Shown here: piece by piece, positions 12,260-24,676 of the stretch
How positions within the stretch are numbered: position 1 is the first letter of the stretch
How the letters are laid out: the number at the start of each line of letters is the position of its first letter
Assembly: GCA_032718475.1 (NCBI GenBank)
Contig: JAUCBJ010008185.1
Span: 1-33,766, forward strand
Length of the DNA: 33,766 nucleotides
Source: Nemertoderma westbladi
Lineage: Eukaryota > Animalia > Xenacoelomorpha
Reading direction: 5' to 3'
Notes under the pieces: generated by a model
What the model was told of the DNA's origin: nothing
Database searches by the model: none
Seen by the model: only the letters and a program-made list of their open reading frames with translations
Made by a program: the position numbers and the translations under genes

Positions 12260-12403
12260 ACAGGTTGATTAATGGTACCACTACGCTAAGGCTCACTCAC
12301 TTCGTGGCTCGCCCCACAGAACGACAGAACGACAGAACGACAGAACGACAGGTTGATTAATGGTACCACTACGCTAAGGCTCACTCACTTCGTGGCTCGC
12401 CCC

Positions 12404-15400
12404 ACAGGGACACAGAGAGTCACACAGGGACGCAGAGAGACATACAGACACAGTGATAAAGATACAGAGACGTAGAGAAGCATAAATAGACAGAGGTAGA
12501 CATACAGAGATACAGGATGGACATAGAGAAACATATAGACATACAGAGACAAAGAGAGACATGCAGACACACTGATAAAGATACAGAGACGTAGACGTAG
12601 AGAAGCATAAATAGACACAGGTAGACATACAGAGATACAGGATGGAAATAGATAAACATATAGAGATGGACATAGAGAAACATATAGACATACAGAGATA
12701 AAGAGAGACATGCAGACACACTGATAAACATACAGAGACGTAGATAAGCATAAATAGGCACAGGTAGACATACAGAGATACAGGATGGACATAGAGAAAC
12801 ATATAGTCGTACAGAGACAAAGAGAGACATGCAGACACACTGATAAACATACAGAGACGTAGATAAGCATAAATAGACACAGGTAGACATACAGCGATAC
12901 AGGATGGACATAGAGAAACATATAGAGATGGACATAGAGAAACATATAGACATACAGAGACGCAGAGAGCCATACAGGGACGCAGAGAGACATACAGGGA
13001 CGCAGAGAGACATTTAGACACACAGCGAGACATGCAGAGACGCAGAGAGACATACAGGGACGCAGAAAGACATCTAGACACACATCGAGACATGCAGAGA
13101 CGCAGAGAGACATACAGGGACGCAGAAAGACATTTAGACACACATCGAAACATACAGAGACGCAGAGAGACATACAGGGACGCAGAGAGACATGCAGAAA
13201 CGCAGAGAGACATATAGGGACGCAGAGAGACATACAGGGACGCAGAGAGACGTACAGAGAAACAGTATATAGAGACTCAGAGAGATACAGATGCACAGCA
13301 TAGATATAGAGAGACACAGAGAGACATAAAGATTAAAGAGACACACAGAGACATACAGAGACGCCGAGAGACATACAGGGACGCAGAGAGACATACAGGC
13401 ACGCAGAGAGTCATACAGGGACGCAGAGAGACATACAGAGACGCAGAGAGACATACAGGGACGCAGGGAGACATACAGGGACGCAGAGAGACATGCAGAG
13501 ACGCAGAGAGACATGCAGAGACGCAGAGAGACATACAGGGACGCAGAGAGTCATACAGGGACGCAGAGAGTCATACAGGGACGCAGAAAGACATACAGGG
13601 ACGCAGAGAGACGTACAGAGAAACAGTATATAGAGACTCAGAGAGATACAGATGCACAGCATAGATATAGAGAGACAAAGAGAGACATAAAGATTAAAGA
13701 GACACACAGAGACATACAGAGACGCCGAGAGACATACAGGGACGCAGAGAGACATACAGGCACGCAGAGAGTCATACAGGGACGCAGAGAGACATACAGA
13801 GACGCCCAGAGACATACAGGGACGCAGAGAGACATACAGGGACGCAGAAAGACATTTAGACACACATCGAGACATGCAGAGACGCAGAGAGACATACAGG
13901 GACGTAGATAGATATACAGGGACGCAGAGAGTCATACAGAGAAACAGGATGGACATAGAGAAACATATAGACATACAGAGACAAAGAGAGAGATGCAGAG
14001 ACGCAGAGAGTCATACAGGGACGCAGAGAGACATACAGGGCCGCAGAGAGTCATACAGAGAAACAGGATGGACATAGAGAAACATATAGACAAACAGAGA
14101 CAAAGAGAGACATGCAGAGACGCAGAGAGGCATGCAGGGACGCAGAAAGACATTTAGACACACATCGAGACATGCAGAGACGCAGAGAGACATACAGGGA
14201 CGCAGATAGATATACAGGGACGCAGAGAGTCATACAGAGAAACAGGATGGACATAGAGAAACATATAGACATACAGAGACAAAGAGAGAGATGCAGAGAC
14301 GCAGAGAGTCATACAGGGACGCAGAGAGACATACAGGGCCGCAGAGAGACGTACAGAGAAACAGTATATAGAGACTCAGAGAGATACAGATGCACAGCAT
14401 AGATATAGAGAGACACAGAGAGACATAAAGATTAAAGAGACACACAGAGACATACAGAGACGCCGAGAGACATACAGGGACGCAGAGAGACATACAGGCA
14501 CGCAGAGAGTCATACAGGGACGCAGAGAGACATACAGAGACGCCCAGAGACATACAGGGACGCAGAGAGACATACAGGGACGCAGAAAGACATTTAGACA
14601 CACATCGAGACATGCAGAGACGCAGAGAGACATATAGGGACGCAGATAGATATACAGGGACGCAGAGAGTCATACAGAGAAACAGGATGGACATAGAGAA
14701 ACATAAAGACATACAGAGACAAAGAGAGAGATGCAGAGACGCAGAGAGTCATACAGGGACGCAGAGAGACATACAGGGCCGCAGAGAGTCATACAGAGAA
14801 ACAGGATGGACATAGAGAAACATATAGACAAACAGAGACAAAGAGAGACATGCAGAGACGCAGAGAGGCATGCAGGGACGCAGAAAGACATTTAGACACA
14901 CATCGAGACATGCAGAGACGCAGAGAGACATACAGGGACGCAGAGAGACATACAGGTACGCAGAGAGATATGCAGAGACGCAGAGAGACATACAGGGACG
15001 CAGAGAGACATTTAGACACACATCGAGACATGCAGAGACGCAGAGAGACATACAGGGACGCAGAGAGACATACAGGTACGAAGAGAGACATGCAGAGACG
15101 CAGAGAGACATACAGGGACGCAGAGAGACATTTAGACACACATCGAGACATGCAGAGACGCAGAGAGACATACAGGGACGCAGAGAGACATACAGGGACG
15201 CAGAGAGACATTTAGACACACATCGAGACATGCAGAGACGCAGAGAGACATACAGGGACGCAGAGAGACATACAGGTACGCAGAGAGACATGCAGAGACG
15301 CAGAGAGACATACAGGGACGCAGAGAGACATTTAGACACACATCGAGACATGCAGAGACGCAGAGAGACATACAGGGACGCATAGAGACATACAGGGACG

Positions 15401-18400
15401 CAGAAAGACATTTAGACACACATCTAGACATGCAGAGACACAGAGAGACATACAGGGACGCAGAGAGTCATACAGGGACGCAGAGAGACATGCAGAGACG
15501 CAGAGAGACATATAGGGACGCAGAGAGACATACAGGGACGCAGAAAGACATTTAGACACACATCGAGACATGCAGAGACGCAGAGAGACATACATGGACG
15601 CAGAGAGTCATACAGGGACGCAGAGAGACATGCAGAGACGCAGAGAGACATACAGGGACGCAGAGAGTCATACAGGGACGCAGAGAGACATGCAGAGACG
15701 CAGAGAGACATACAGGGACGCAGAGCGACATACAGGGACGCAGAAAGACATTTAGACACACATCGAGACATGCAGAGACGCAGAGAGACATACAGGGACG
15801 CAGAGAGTCATACAGGGACGCAGAGAGACATGCAGAGACGCAGAGAGACATACAGGGACGCAGCGAGACATACAGGGACGCAGAGAGACATACAGAGACG
15901 CAGAAAGACATTTAGACACACATCGAGACATGCAGAGACGCAGAGAGACATACAGAGACGCAGAGAGACATACAGGGACGCAGAAAGACATTTAGACACA
16001 CATCGAGACATGCAGAGACACAGAGAGACATACAGGGACGCAGATAGATATACAGGGACGCAGAGAGTCATACAGGGACGCAGAGAGTCATACAGGGACG
16101 CAGAGAGACATACAGAGACGCAGAGAGACATACAGGGACGCATAATGACATTTAGACACACATCGAGACATGCAGAGACGCAGAGAGACATACAGGGACG
16201 CAGAGAGATATACAGGGACGCAGAGAGTCATACAGGGGCGCAGAGAGTCATGCAGGGACGCAGAGATACATACAGAGACGCAGAGATACATACAGGGACG
16301 CAGAGAGACATACAGGGACGCAGAGAGTCATAGAGGGACGCAGAGAGACATACAGGGACGCAGATAGACATACAGGGACGCAGAGAGACATACAGGGACG
16401 CAGAGATACATTTAGACACACAGCGAGACATGCAGAGACGCAGAGAGACATACAGGGACGCAGAAAGACATTTAGACACATATCGAGACATGCAGAGACG
16501 CAGAGAGACATACAGGGACGCAGAAAGACATTTAGACACACATCGAAACATACAGAGACGCAGAGAGACATACAGGGACGCAGAGAGACATACAGGGACG
16601 CAGAGAGACATACAGGGACGCAGAGAGACATACAGGGGCGCAGAGAGACATTTAGACACACAGAGAGACATACAGGGACGCAGAAAGACATTTAGACACA
16701 CATCGAAACATACAGAGACGCAGAGAGACATACAGGGACGCAGAGAGACAAACAGGGACGCAGAGAGACATACAGGGACGCAGAGAGACATACAGGGGCG
16801 CAGAGAGACATTTAGACACACAGCGAGACATACAGAGAGGCAGAGAAATATACAGGGACGCAGAAAGACATTTAGACACACATCGAGACATGCAGAGACG
16901 CAGAGAGTCATACAGGGACGCAGAGTGACATACAGGGACGCAGAGAGACGTACAGGGACGCAGAGAGACATACAGGGACGCAGAGAGACATTTAGACACA
17001 CAGCGAGACATACAGAGACGCAGAGAGACATACAGGGACGCAGAAAGATATTTAGACAAACATCGAGACATGCAGAGACGCAGAGAGACATACAGGGACG
17101 CAGAGAGACATACAGGGACGCAGAAAGACATTTAGACACACAGCGAGACATGCAGAGACGCAGAGAGACATACATGGACGCAGAGAGTCATACAGGGACG
17201 CAGAGAGACATGCAGAGACGCAGAGAGACATACAGGGACGCAGAGAGTCATACAGGGACGCAGAGAGACATGCAGAGACGCAGAGAGACATACAGGGACG
17301 CAGAAAGATATTTAGACACACAGCGAGACATGCAGAGACGCAGAGAGACATACATGGACGCAGAGAGTCATACAGGGACGCAGAGAGACATGCAGAGACG
17401 CAGAGAGACATACAGGGACGCAGAGAGTCATACAGGAACGCAGAGAGACATGCGGAGACGCAGAGAGACATACAGGGACGCAGAAAGACATTTAGACACA
17501 CATCGAGACATGCAGAGACGCAGAGAGACATACATGGACGCAGAGAGTCATACAGGGACGCAGAGAGACATGCAGAGACGCAGAGAGACATACAGGGACG
17601 CAGAGAGTCATACAGGGACGCAGAGAGACATACAGAGACGCAGAGAGACATACAGGGACGCAGAAGACATTTAGACACACATCGAGACATGCAGAGACGC
17701 AGAGAGACATACAGGGACGCAGAGAGTCATACAGGGACGCAGAGAGACATGCAGAGACGCAGAGAGACGCAGAGAGACATACAGGGACGCAGAGAGACAT
17801 ACAGGGACGCAGAGAGACATACAGAGACGCAGAAAGACATTCAGACACACATCAAGACATGCAGAGACGCAGAGAGACATACAGAGACGCAGAGAGACAT
17901 ACAGGGACGCAGAAAGACATTTAGACACACATCGAGACATGCAGAGACACAGAGAGACATACAGGGACGCAGATAGATATACAGGGACGCATAGAGTCAT
18001 ACAGGGACGCAGAGAGTCATACAGGGACGCAGAGAGACATACAGAGACGCAGAGAGAGATACAGGGACGCATAAAGACATTTAGACACACATCGAGACAT
18101 GCAGAGACGCAGAGAGACATACAGGGACGCAGAGAGACATACAGGGACGCAGAGAGACATACAGGGGCGCAGAGAGACATTTAGACACACAGAGAGACAT
18201 ACAGGGACGCAGAAAGACATTTAGACACACATCGAAGCATACAGAGACGCAGAGAGTCATACAGGGGCGCAGAGAGTCATGCAGGGACGCAGAGATACAT
18301 ACAGAGACGCAGAGATACATACAGGGACGCAGAGAGACATACAGGGACGCAGAGAGTCATACAGGGACGCAGAGAGACATACAGGGACGCAGAGAGACAT

Positions 18401-21400
18401 AGAGGGACGCAGAGAGTCATACAGGGACGCAGAGAGACATGCAGGGACGCAGAGAGTCATAGAGGGACGCAGAGAGACATACAGGGACGCAGAGAGACAT
18501 ACAGGGACGCAGAGAGACATACAGGGGCGCAGAGAGACATTTAGACACACAGCGAGACATACAGAGAGGCAGAGAAATATACAGGGACGCAGAAAGACAT
18601 TTAGACACACATCGAGACATGCAGAGACGCAGAGAGTCATACAGGGACGCAGAGTGACATACAGGGACGCAGAGAGACGTACAGGGACGCAGAGAGACAT
18701 ACAGGGACGCAGAGAGACATTTAGACACACAGCGAGACATACAGAGACGCAGAGAGACATACAGGGACGCAGAAAGATATTTAGACAAACATCGAGACAT
18801 GCAGAGACGCAGAGAGACATACAGGGACGCAGAGAGACATACAGGGACGCAGAAAGACATTTAGACACACATCTTGATATGCAGAGACACAGAGAGACAT
18901 ACAGGGACGCAGAGAGTCATACAGGGGCGCAGAGAGACATGCAGAGACGCAGAGAGACATATAGGGACGCAGAGAGACATACAGGGACGCAGAAAGACAT
19001 TTAGACACACATCGAGACATGCAGAGACGCAGAGAGACATACATGGACGCAGAGAGTCATACAGGGACGCAGAGAGACATGCAGAGACGCAGAGAGACAT
19101 ACAGGGACGCAGAGAGTCATACAGGGACGCAGAGAGACATGCAGAGACGCAGAGAGACATACAGGGACGCAGAAAGACATTTAGACACACATCGAGACAT
19201 GCAGAGATGCAGAGAGACATACAGGGACGCAGAGAGTCATACAGGGACGCAGAGAGACATGCAGAGACGCAGAGAGACGCAGAGAGACATACAGGGACGC
19301 AGAGAGACATACAGGGACGCAGAGAGACATACAGAGACGCAGAAAGACATTCAGACACACATCGAGACATGCAGAGACGCAGAGAGACATACAGAGACGC
19401 AGAGAGACATACAGGGACGCAGAAAGATATTTAGACACACATCGAGACATGCAGAGACACAGAGAGACATACAGGGACGCAGATAGATATACAGGGACGC
19501 ATAGAGTCATACAGGGACGCAGAGAGTCATACAGGGACGCAGAGAGACATACAGAGACGCAGAGAGAGATACAGGGACGCATAAAGACATTTAGACACAC
19601 ATCGAGACATGCAGAGACGCAGAGAGACATACAGGGACGCAGAGAGATATACAGGGACGCAGAGAGTCATACAGGGGCGCAGAGAGTCATGCAGGGACGC
19701 AGAGATACATACAGAGACGCAGAGATACATACAGGGACGCAGAGAGACATACAGGGACGCATAAAGACATTTAGACACACATCGAGACATGCAGAGACGC
19801 AGAGAGACATACAGGGACGCAGAGAGATATACAGGGACGCAGAGAGTCATACAGGGGCGCAGAGAGTCATGCAGGGACGCAGAGATACATACAGAGACGC
19901 AGAGATACATACAGGGACGCAGAGAGTCATACAGGGACGCAGAGAGACATACAGGGACGCAGAGAGACATACATGGACGCAGAGAGTCATAGAGGGACGC
20001 AGAGAGACATACAGGGACGCAGAGAGACATACAGGGACGCAGAGAGTCATAGAGGGACGCAGAGAGTCATACAGGGACGCAGAGAGACATGCAGAGACGC
20101 AGAGAGACATACAGGGACGCAGAGTGACATACAGGGACGCAGAGAGACATACAGGGACGCAGAGAGACATTTAGACACACAGCGAGACATGCAGAGACGC
20201 AGAGAGACATAGAGGGACGCAGAGAGTCATACAGGGACGCAGAGAGACATACAGGGACGCAGAGAGACATTTAGACACACAGCGAGACATGCAGAGACGC
20301 AGAGAGACATACAGGGACGCAGAAAGACATCTAGACACACATCGAGACATGCAGAGACGCAGAGAGACATACAGGGACGCAGAAAGACATTTAGACACAC
20401 ATCGAAACATACAGAGACGCAGAGAGACATACAGGGACGCAGAGAGACATACAGGGACGCAGAGAGACATACAGGGACGCAGAGAGACATACAGGGACGC
20501 AGAGAGACATACAGGGACGCAGAGAGACATAGAGGGGCGCAGAGAGACATTTAGACACACATCGAGACATACAGGGACGCAGAGAGACATACAGGGACGC
20601 AGAGAGACATACAGGGACGCAGAGAGACATACAGGGACGCAGAGAGACATACAGGGACGCAGAGAGTCATACAGGGACACAGAGAGACATACAGGGACGC
20701 AGAGAGACATACAGGGACGCAGAGAGTCATACAGGGACGCAGAGAGACATACAGGGACGCAGAGAGTCATACAGGGACGCAGAGAGACATACAGGGGCGC
20801 AGAAAGACATTTAGACACACATCGAAACATACAGAGACGCAGAGAGACATACAGGGACGCAGAGAGACATACAGGGACGCAGAGAGACATACAGGGACGC
20901 AGAGAGACATACAGGGACGCAGAGAGACATACAGGGACGCAGAGAGACATAGAGGGGCGCAGAGAGACATTTAGACACACATCGAGACATACAGGGACGC
21001 AGAGAGACATACAGGGACGCAGAGAGACATACAGGGACGCAGAGAGACATACAGGGACGCAGAGAGACATACAGGGACGCAGAGAGTCATATAGGGACGC
21101 AGAGAGACATACAGGGACGCAGAGAGACATACAGGGACGCAGAGAGTCATACAGGGACGCAGAGAGACATACAGGGACGCAGAGAGACATACAGGGACGC
21201 AGAGAGACATACAGGGACGCAGAGAGACATACAGGGACGCAGAGAGACATACAGGGGCGCAGAGAGACATTTAGACACACAGCGAGACATACAGAGAGGC
21301 AGAGAAATATACAGGGACGCAGAAAGACATTTAGACACACATCGAGACATGCAGAGACGCAGAGAGTCATACAGGGACGCAGAGAGTCATACAGGGACGC

Positions 21401-21578
21401 AGAGAGTCATACAGGGACGCGGAGAGACATACAGGTACGCAGAGAGATATGCAGAGACGCAGAGAGACATACAGGAACGCAGAGAGACATTTAGACACAC
21501 AGCGAGACATGCAGAGACGCACAGAGACATACAGGGACGCAGAGAGACATTTAGACACACAGAGAGACATCCAGAGCG
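12404..21578. repeat. 20-bp satellite, consensus CATACAGGGACGCAGAGAGA, with variant words and higher-order repeats
   Basis: Directly visible 20-bp periodicity, nearly strict from ~14830 to 21570. Common variants are CATGCAGAGACGCAGAGAGA and CATTTAGACACACATCGAGA. Confidence 0.98.
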
Positions 21579-22479
21579 CAGAATGGATCTCATAAACACA
21601 GTATGTAATACAAACATATATTCACCAGAGAGACTTATACAGTTTATAATTCGCTTCTATATTTCCACTATATTCACCAAGTTAAAAGTGTTAAGTACAG
21701 TACATGTAAAAAACGGGGTTGGTGGTTGAGAATCTGTGCTTCTACAGTTGAGTCATGTTGAAGTTGAATGAATTACGTTTTAAATGACAGGGCATTTTTG
21801 AAAACTGAACGCTTCGCTAGGTGGTGCAGAAAATTTATGGTAATTTTTTGGTATGTCACAAATTAGTATTAAATTGAATTAAGTAAATCTTTAAAAAGAA
21901 ATAAATGTCACCCACTTTTATACACAGTTACAGTACTACTACAGTAGGCCTACTATGTACAGATTCAGAGAAAAACATTTCAAATTCAGAATTTATTTCT
22001 AAAGTATTAAATTATGTATTATATTCAATAATTAATTAGCGATTCAATGATTCTCACTAAAATAAATAATATTATAATAGCTCCCAAATAATCCATCTAT
22101 CTATAATACATCACTTGATAAGCGTATTTCAGAAATATAAATTCAAAAGAAAGGATTAACGAACGTTTTATTTCACATTATAATCAAACATAAAATTACT
22201 AATTTATTTTAGCAGTGGTGTACGCCTACCCCATTTCAAGCCATAAAAACAATGCTCCTGACAGATACATTATTAATTTAATATTTTATAATAGTTTAAT
22301 ATTTTATATTAAACCATGTAAATAATTTGCAACGAAGTACTGTAGCTGTGAAATTATGCTTGAAAAGAACCAAAAGTGAAGTGCTTGAAATGGATCGGAA
22401 TTAATACTAATTTTCAATTAGTACACAGGGGAGTCCACAGAGGTTAGTTAACATTAACTTGCTAACATGTAGTACCAGA

Positions 22480-22570
22480 ATCCATTAAATCGGCCTGTCG
22501 TTACATTCTATCTTTTGATATACAGTATTATCCATTAAATCGGCCTGTCGTTACATTCTATCTTTTGATA
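22480..22570. repeat. 41-bp perfect direct repeat, 50-bp period
   Basis: ATCCATTAAATCGGCCTGTCGTTACATTCTATCTTTTGATA at 22480-22520 and 22530-22570. Confidence 0.95.
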
Positions 22571-22734
22571 CATTTATTGACTAACTTCAAACTCAATCCT
22601 CTGTAATGACGATGCTTCTTAACGCCGGCAGGTGGCGAACCATCTAGAGACTTGCGGAAAGTTCGGGGTGATTTAGGCGTTCCCAACAGGGATTTACCCG
22701 CTTCAGTTCGACTAGGACTCGTGGCGTCAACACT
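22558..22734 (-). CDS. Putative last coding exon of an uncharacterised spliced gene
   Basis: Acceptor TTTATTTATTTGCAG, phase 0. GC-richer open frame SVDATSPSRTEAGKSLLGTPKSPRTFRKSLDGSPP...KR*. The 3' boundary is less certain than the acceptor. Confidence 0.6.
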   Translation of the reverse strand, partial: SVDATSPSRTEAGKSLLGTPKSPRTFRKSLDGSPPAGVKKHRHYRGLSLKLVNKCIKR

Positions 22735-23320
22735 CTGCAAATAAATAAAGGTACGGAAATATAAAATGTAACTAGACAGTATCTCAATTAATTCCTACAA
22801 CAAACGATTGAAATTGTATTCAGTTACGTATGGGGAAACATAATGATAGGCTTATCAATGCAGTGTTGTGGAACGCAATAAAAAGTCAATACTGCAATAA
22901 TTATTAAAGGATTACGCTGGAGATGGTGCACAATAAACATTAACATTATCTTCCAAGGAGTATCGTTCGTATAATAATACAAATCTCGGGAAATAAATTA
23001 AACTTCCCAATCCATTCTGGGTTACTATCGAATATTATAACGGAAGCTTTATCGCTGCACCAAACCAATTCATCAGTGAATAACAATATATAGTAGCTGC
23101 ATTTATAGGCAAATGTTGCGGAAGCTGAAGCACAAAACATTTCATACATTTTTACGTGATTGATGCTAGCCTACCACATAGCAGAGACTAACTTACACAA
23201 TATATAAGTATAAGCAAACTTACACGGTAGAACATGACATACAAACTTACACGGTAGAGACTTAAGAAATCAACTTACAGGATAGATACTTAAATACAAA
23301 CCTTACCCTAATTATGTATG

Positions 23321-23433
23321 TTTTGTGACCGAATTGTCCTAATCAGTATCCGGACAATTCGGTCCCAAAACACAAAATTAATGGGACCAAATTATCCAGG
23401 ACCGAATTGTCCGGGACCGAGTTGTCCGGACCG
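23321..23433. repeat. Inverted plus tandem 15-bp GGACCGAATTGTCC repeats, likely a DNA-transposon subterminal relic
   Basis: TTTTGTGACCGAATTGTCC / GGACAATTCGGTCCCAAAA form a 19-bp inverted repeat with one mismatch, followed by three to four direct copies. Confidence 0.65.
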
Positions 23434-23551
23434 AAACTTACATGATAGAGTCTTACATAGACACTTATATGATACATACTTACATACAAAATTGATTGAT
23501 ACATACTTACATACCAAACTTGCACGAAAGATACTTATAAAAGAAACTTAC

Positions 23552-23839
23552 ACGGTAGAGACTATGCTGACTTGTGATTAATGACTCGGCCTCCACGGTC
23601 TTTAGGTTTCCGCAGCTGGCCGGTAGATGGCGCTGTTTATCTGCTTTTCTGGGAGCCCTTTCGACACTGTCCGTCCTGCCTCCACTTAACTCTGCACTGT
23701 TATCCTCACTATCGCCTTTCTCTATATTGCTCGCTAACACCTGTTTGCTGCCGCTTGTACCGTCCTTACCCCGCCGAATGCTTCCGGTACGTTTATGAAT
23801 TTCGTTCTTTACTTTCACCCAAGTCGATCTCTTCAAAAA
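23552..23839 (-). CDS. Putative internal coding exon (288 bp, phase 0-0) of the same gene
   Basis: Acceptor TTTTATTTTACTAG and donor GTAAGT at 23551. Open frame FLKRSTWVKVKNEIHKRTGSIRRGKDG...HSLYR is phase-compatible with both neighbouring exons. Confidence 0.7.
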
Positions 23840-24358
23840 CTAGTAAAATAAAATGTTAATGAGTAGCCTAGGAAACTAATGTTAGAAAGTCCATAAGACC
23901 TATAATATTTGAATTATCAGATGAGATAAATTCCCCTTATCTGGGCATGGCACTACTCATTATCTGGGATTCCTTGTATTTTTCCAGATAGTGGGGGAGA
24001 CTTTCGATCCCTCTCTAAGGGAAGTTCGACTCAAATAACAGCTGATTACTCTCAAAAATAAAACTATAACATGTTCTATTGAGTTTAATTTAATGTTTTG
24101 GATAGAATAACCTGCAACTGTAACCTGCTCCTTTCCCTAAATTAATAATTTAGCATTGAGGCGTGATATTAATTCGCCGAGGTGGGATTTGTGTCCAGTC
24201 CAACTTGCTTGATTTTTCCTATAGATCAGGAGGGTAGGTACTGTAGTGAATAAAACAATGAAGCAGTACGATTTTTCTACCACAATAGTAGACTCGGCCA
24301 CTACTGTATTATTTGTCCTCTTCTTTGAACACAACATTTTAAGACCTACTTGACTTAC

Positions 24359-24546
24359 TTTGAGGGGTTTATCGACAAAAGGGCTTCTATCCACGGCAGT
24401 TCTTCTCGTTAATTTCTCCTGTTTGAAACTGGAAGATCGTCTAGTCCACTCGTAGTTCGGAGGCATCATGCTATCCAGCTCCGTACGGCGCTCCTCCAAA
24501 AAGTTATCAAACATCGATTTATTTCTACACTTCGTTTCTTTTGGAT
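24359..24546 (-). CDS. Putative internal coding exon (188 bp) of the same gene
   Basis: Acceptor ATTCCTGTTTTCAG and donor GTAAGT at 24358. Frame ..PKETKCRNKSMFDNFLEERRTELDSMMPPNYEWTRRSSSF...DKPLK ends in phase 0. Confidence 0.7.
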
Positions 24547-24676
24547 CTGAAAACAGGAATGAATAATTACATTGGAGTTGGTCGAGTTTGTAGAAGTGTA
24601 ACAGTACCGAGCTTAGTTTATGATGACTCGAACATTACTGGTTAAGTAAAGATGTACCAAGTACCCCGATTGATTC

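Larger units (their letters stand above)
4566..12406 (-). mobile_element. Nested cluster of five non-autonomous Helentron/HINE (DINE-1-like) elements
   Basis: Units start ACACGTTCGTGGGGCC at 4566, 6081, 7573, 9077 and 10683. Each has a hairpin (GGGCCT-CG...CGAGGCCC), an internal ~152-bp duplication and an (ACAGAACG)n microsatellite. A 52-bp terminal module ending GCCCC(ACA) occurs at 10631, 12208, 12264 and 12352. Short inverted repeats GTGGGGC/GCCCCAC link the two ends. No credible coding capacity. Strand is assigned by analogy to DINE-1 (microsatellite near the 5' end). Confidence 0.8.

Noticed and set aside
4566-12406. Interpretation as a tandem RNA-gene array (5S, snRNA, SL RNA) or a simple rolling-circle concatemer
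   Set aside because: No recognisable RNA gene is present. The copies belong to two subtypes with private mutations, and the terminal modules are stacked at one end, which a single concatemer would not produce.
12374-21729. Dozens of long ORFs (up to 414 aa) on both strands of the satellite
   Set aside because: The 20-bp unit lacks stop codons in most frames; the peptides are low-complexity translations of the repeat in all frames.
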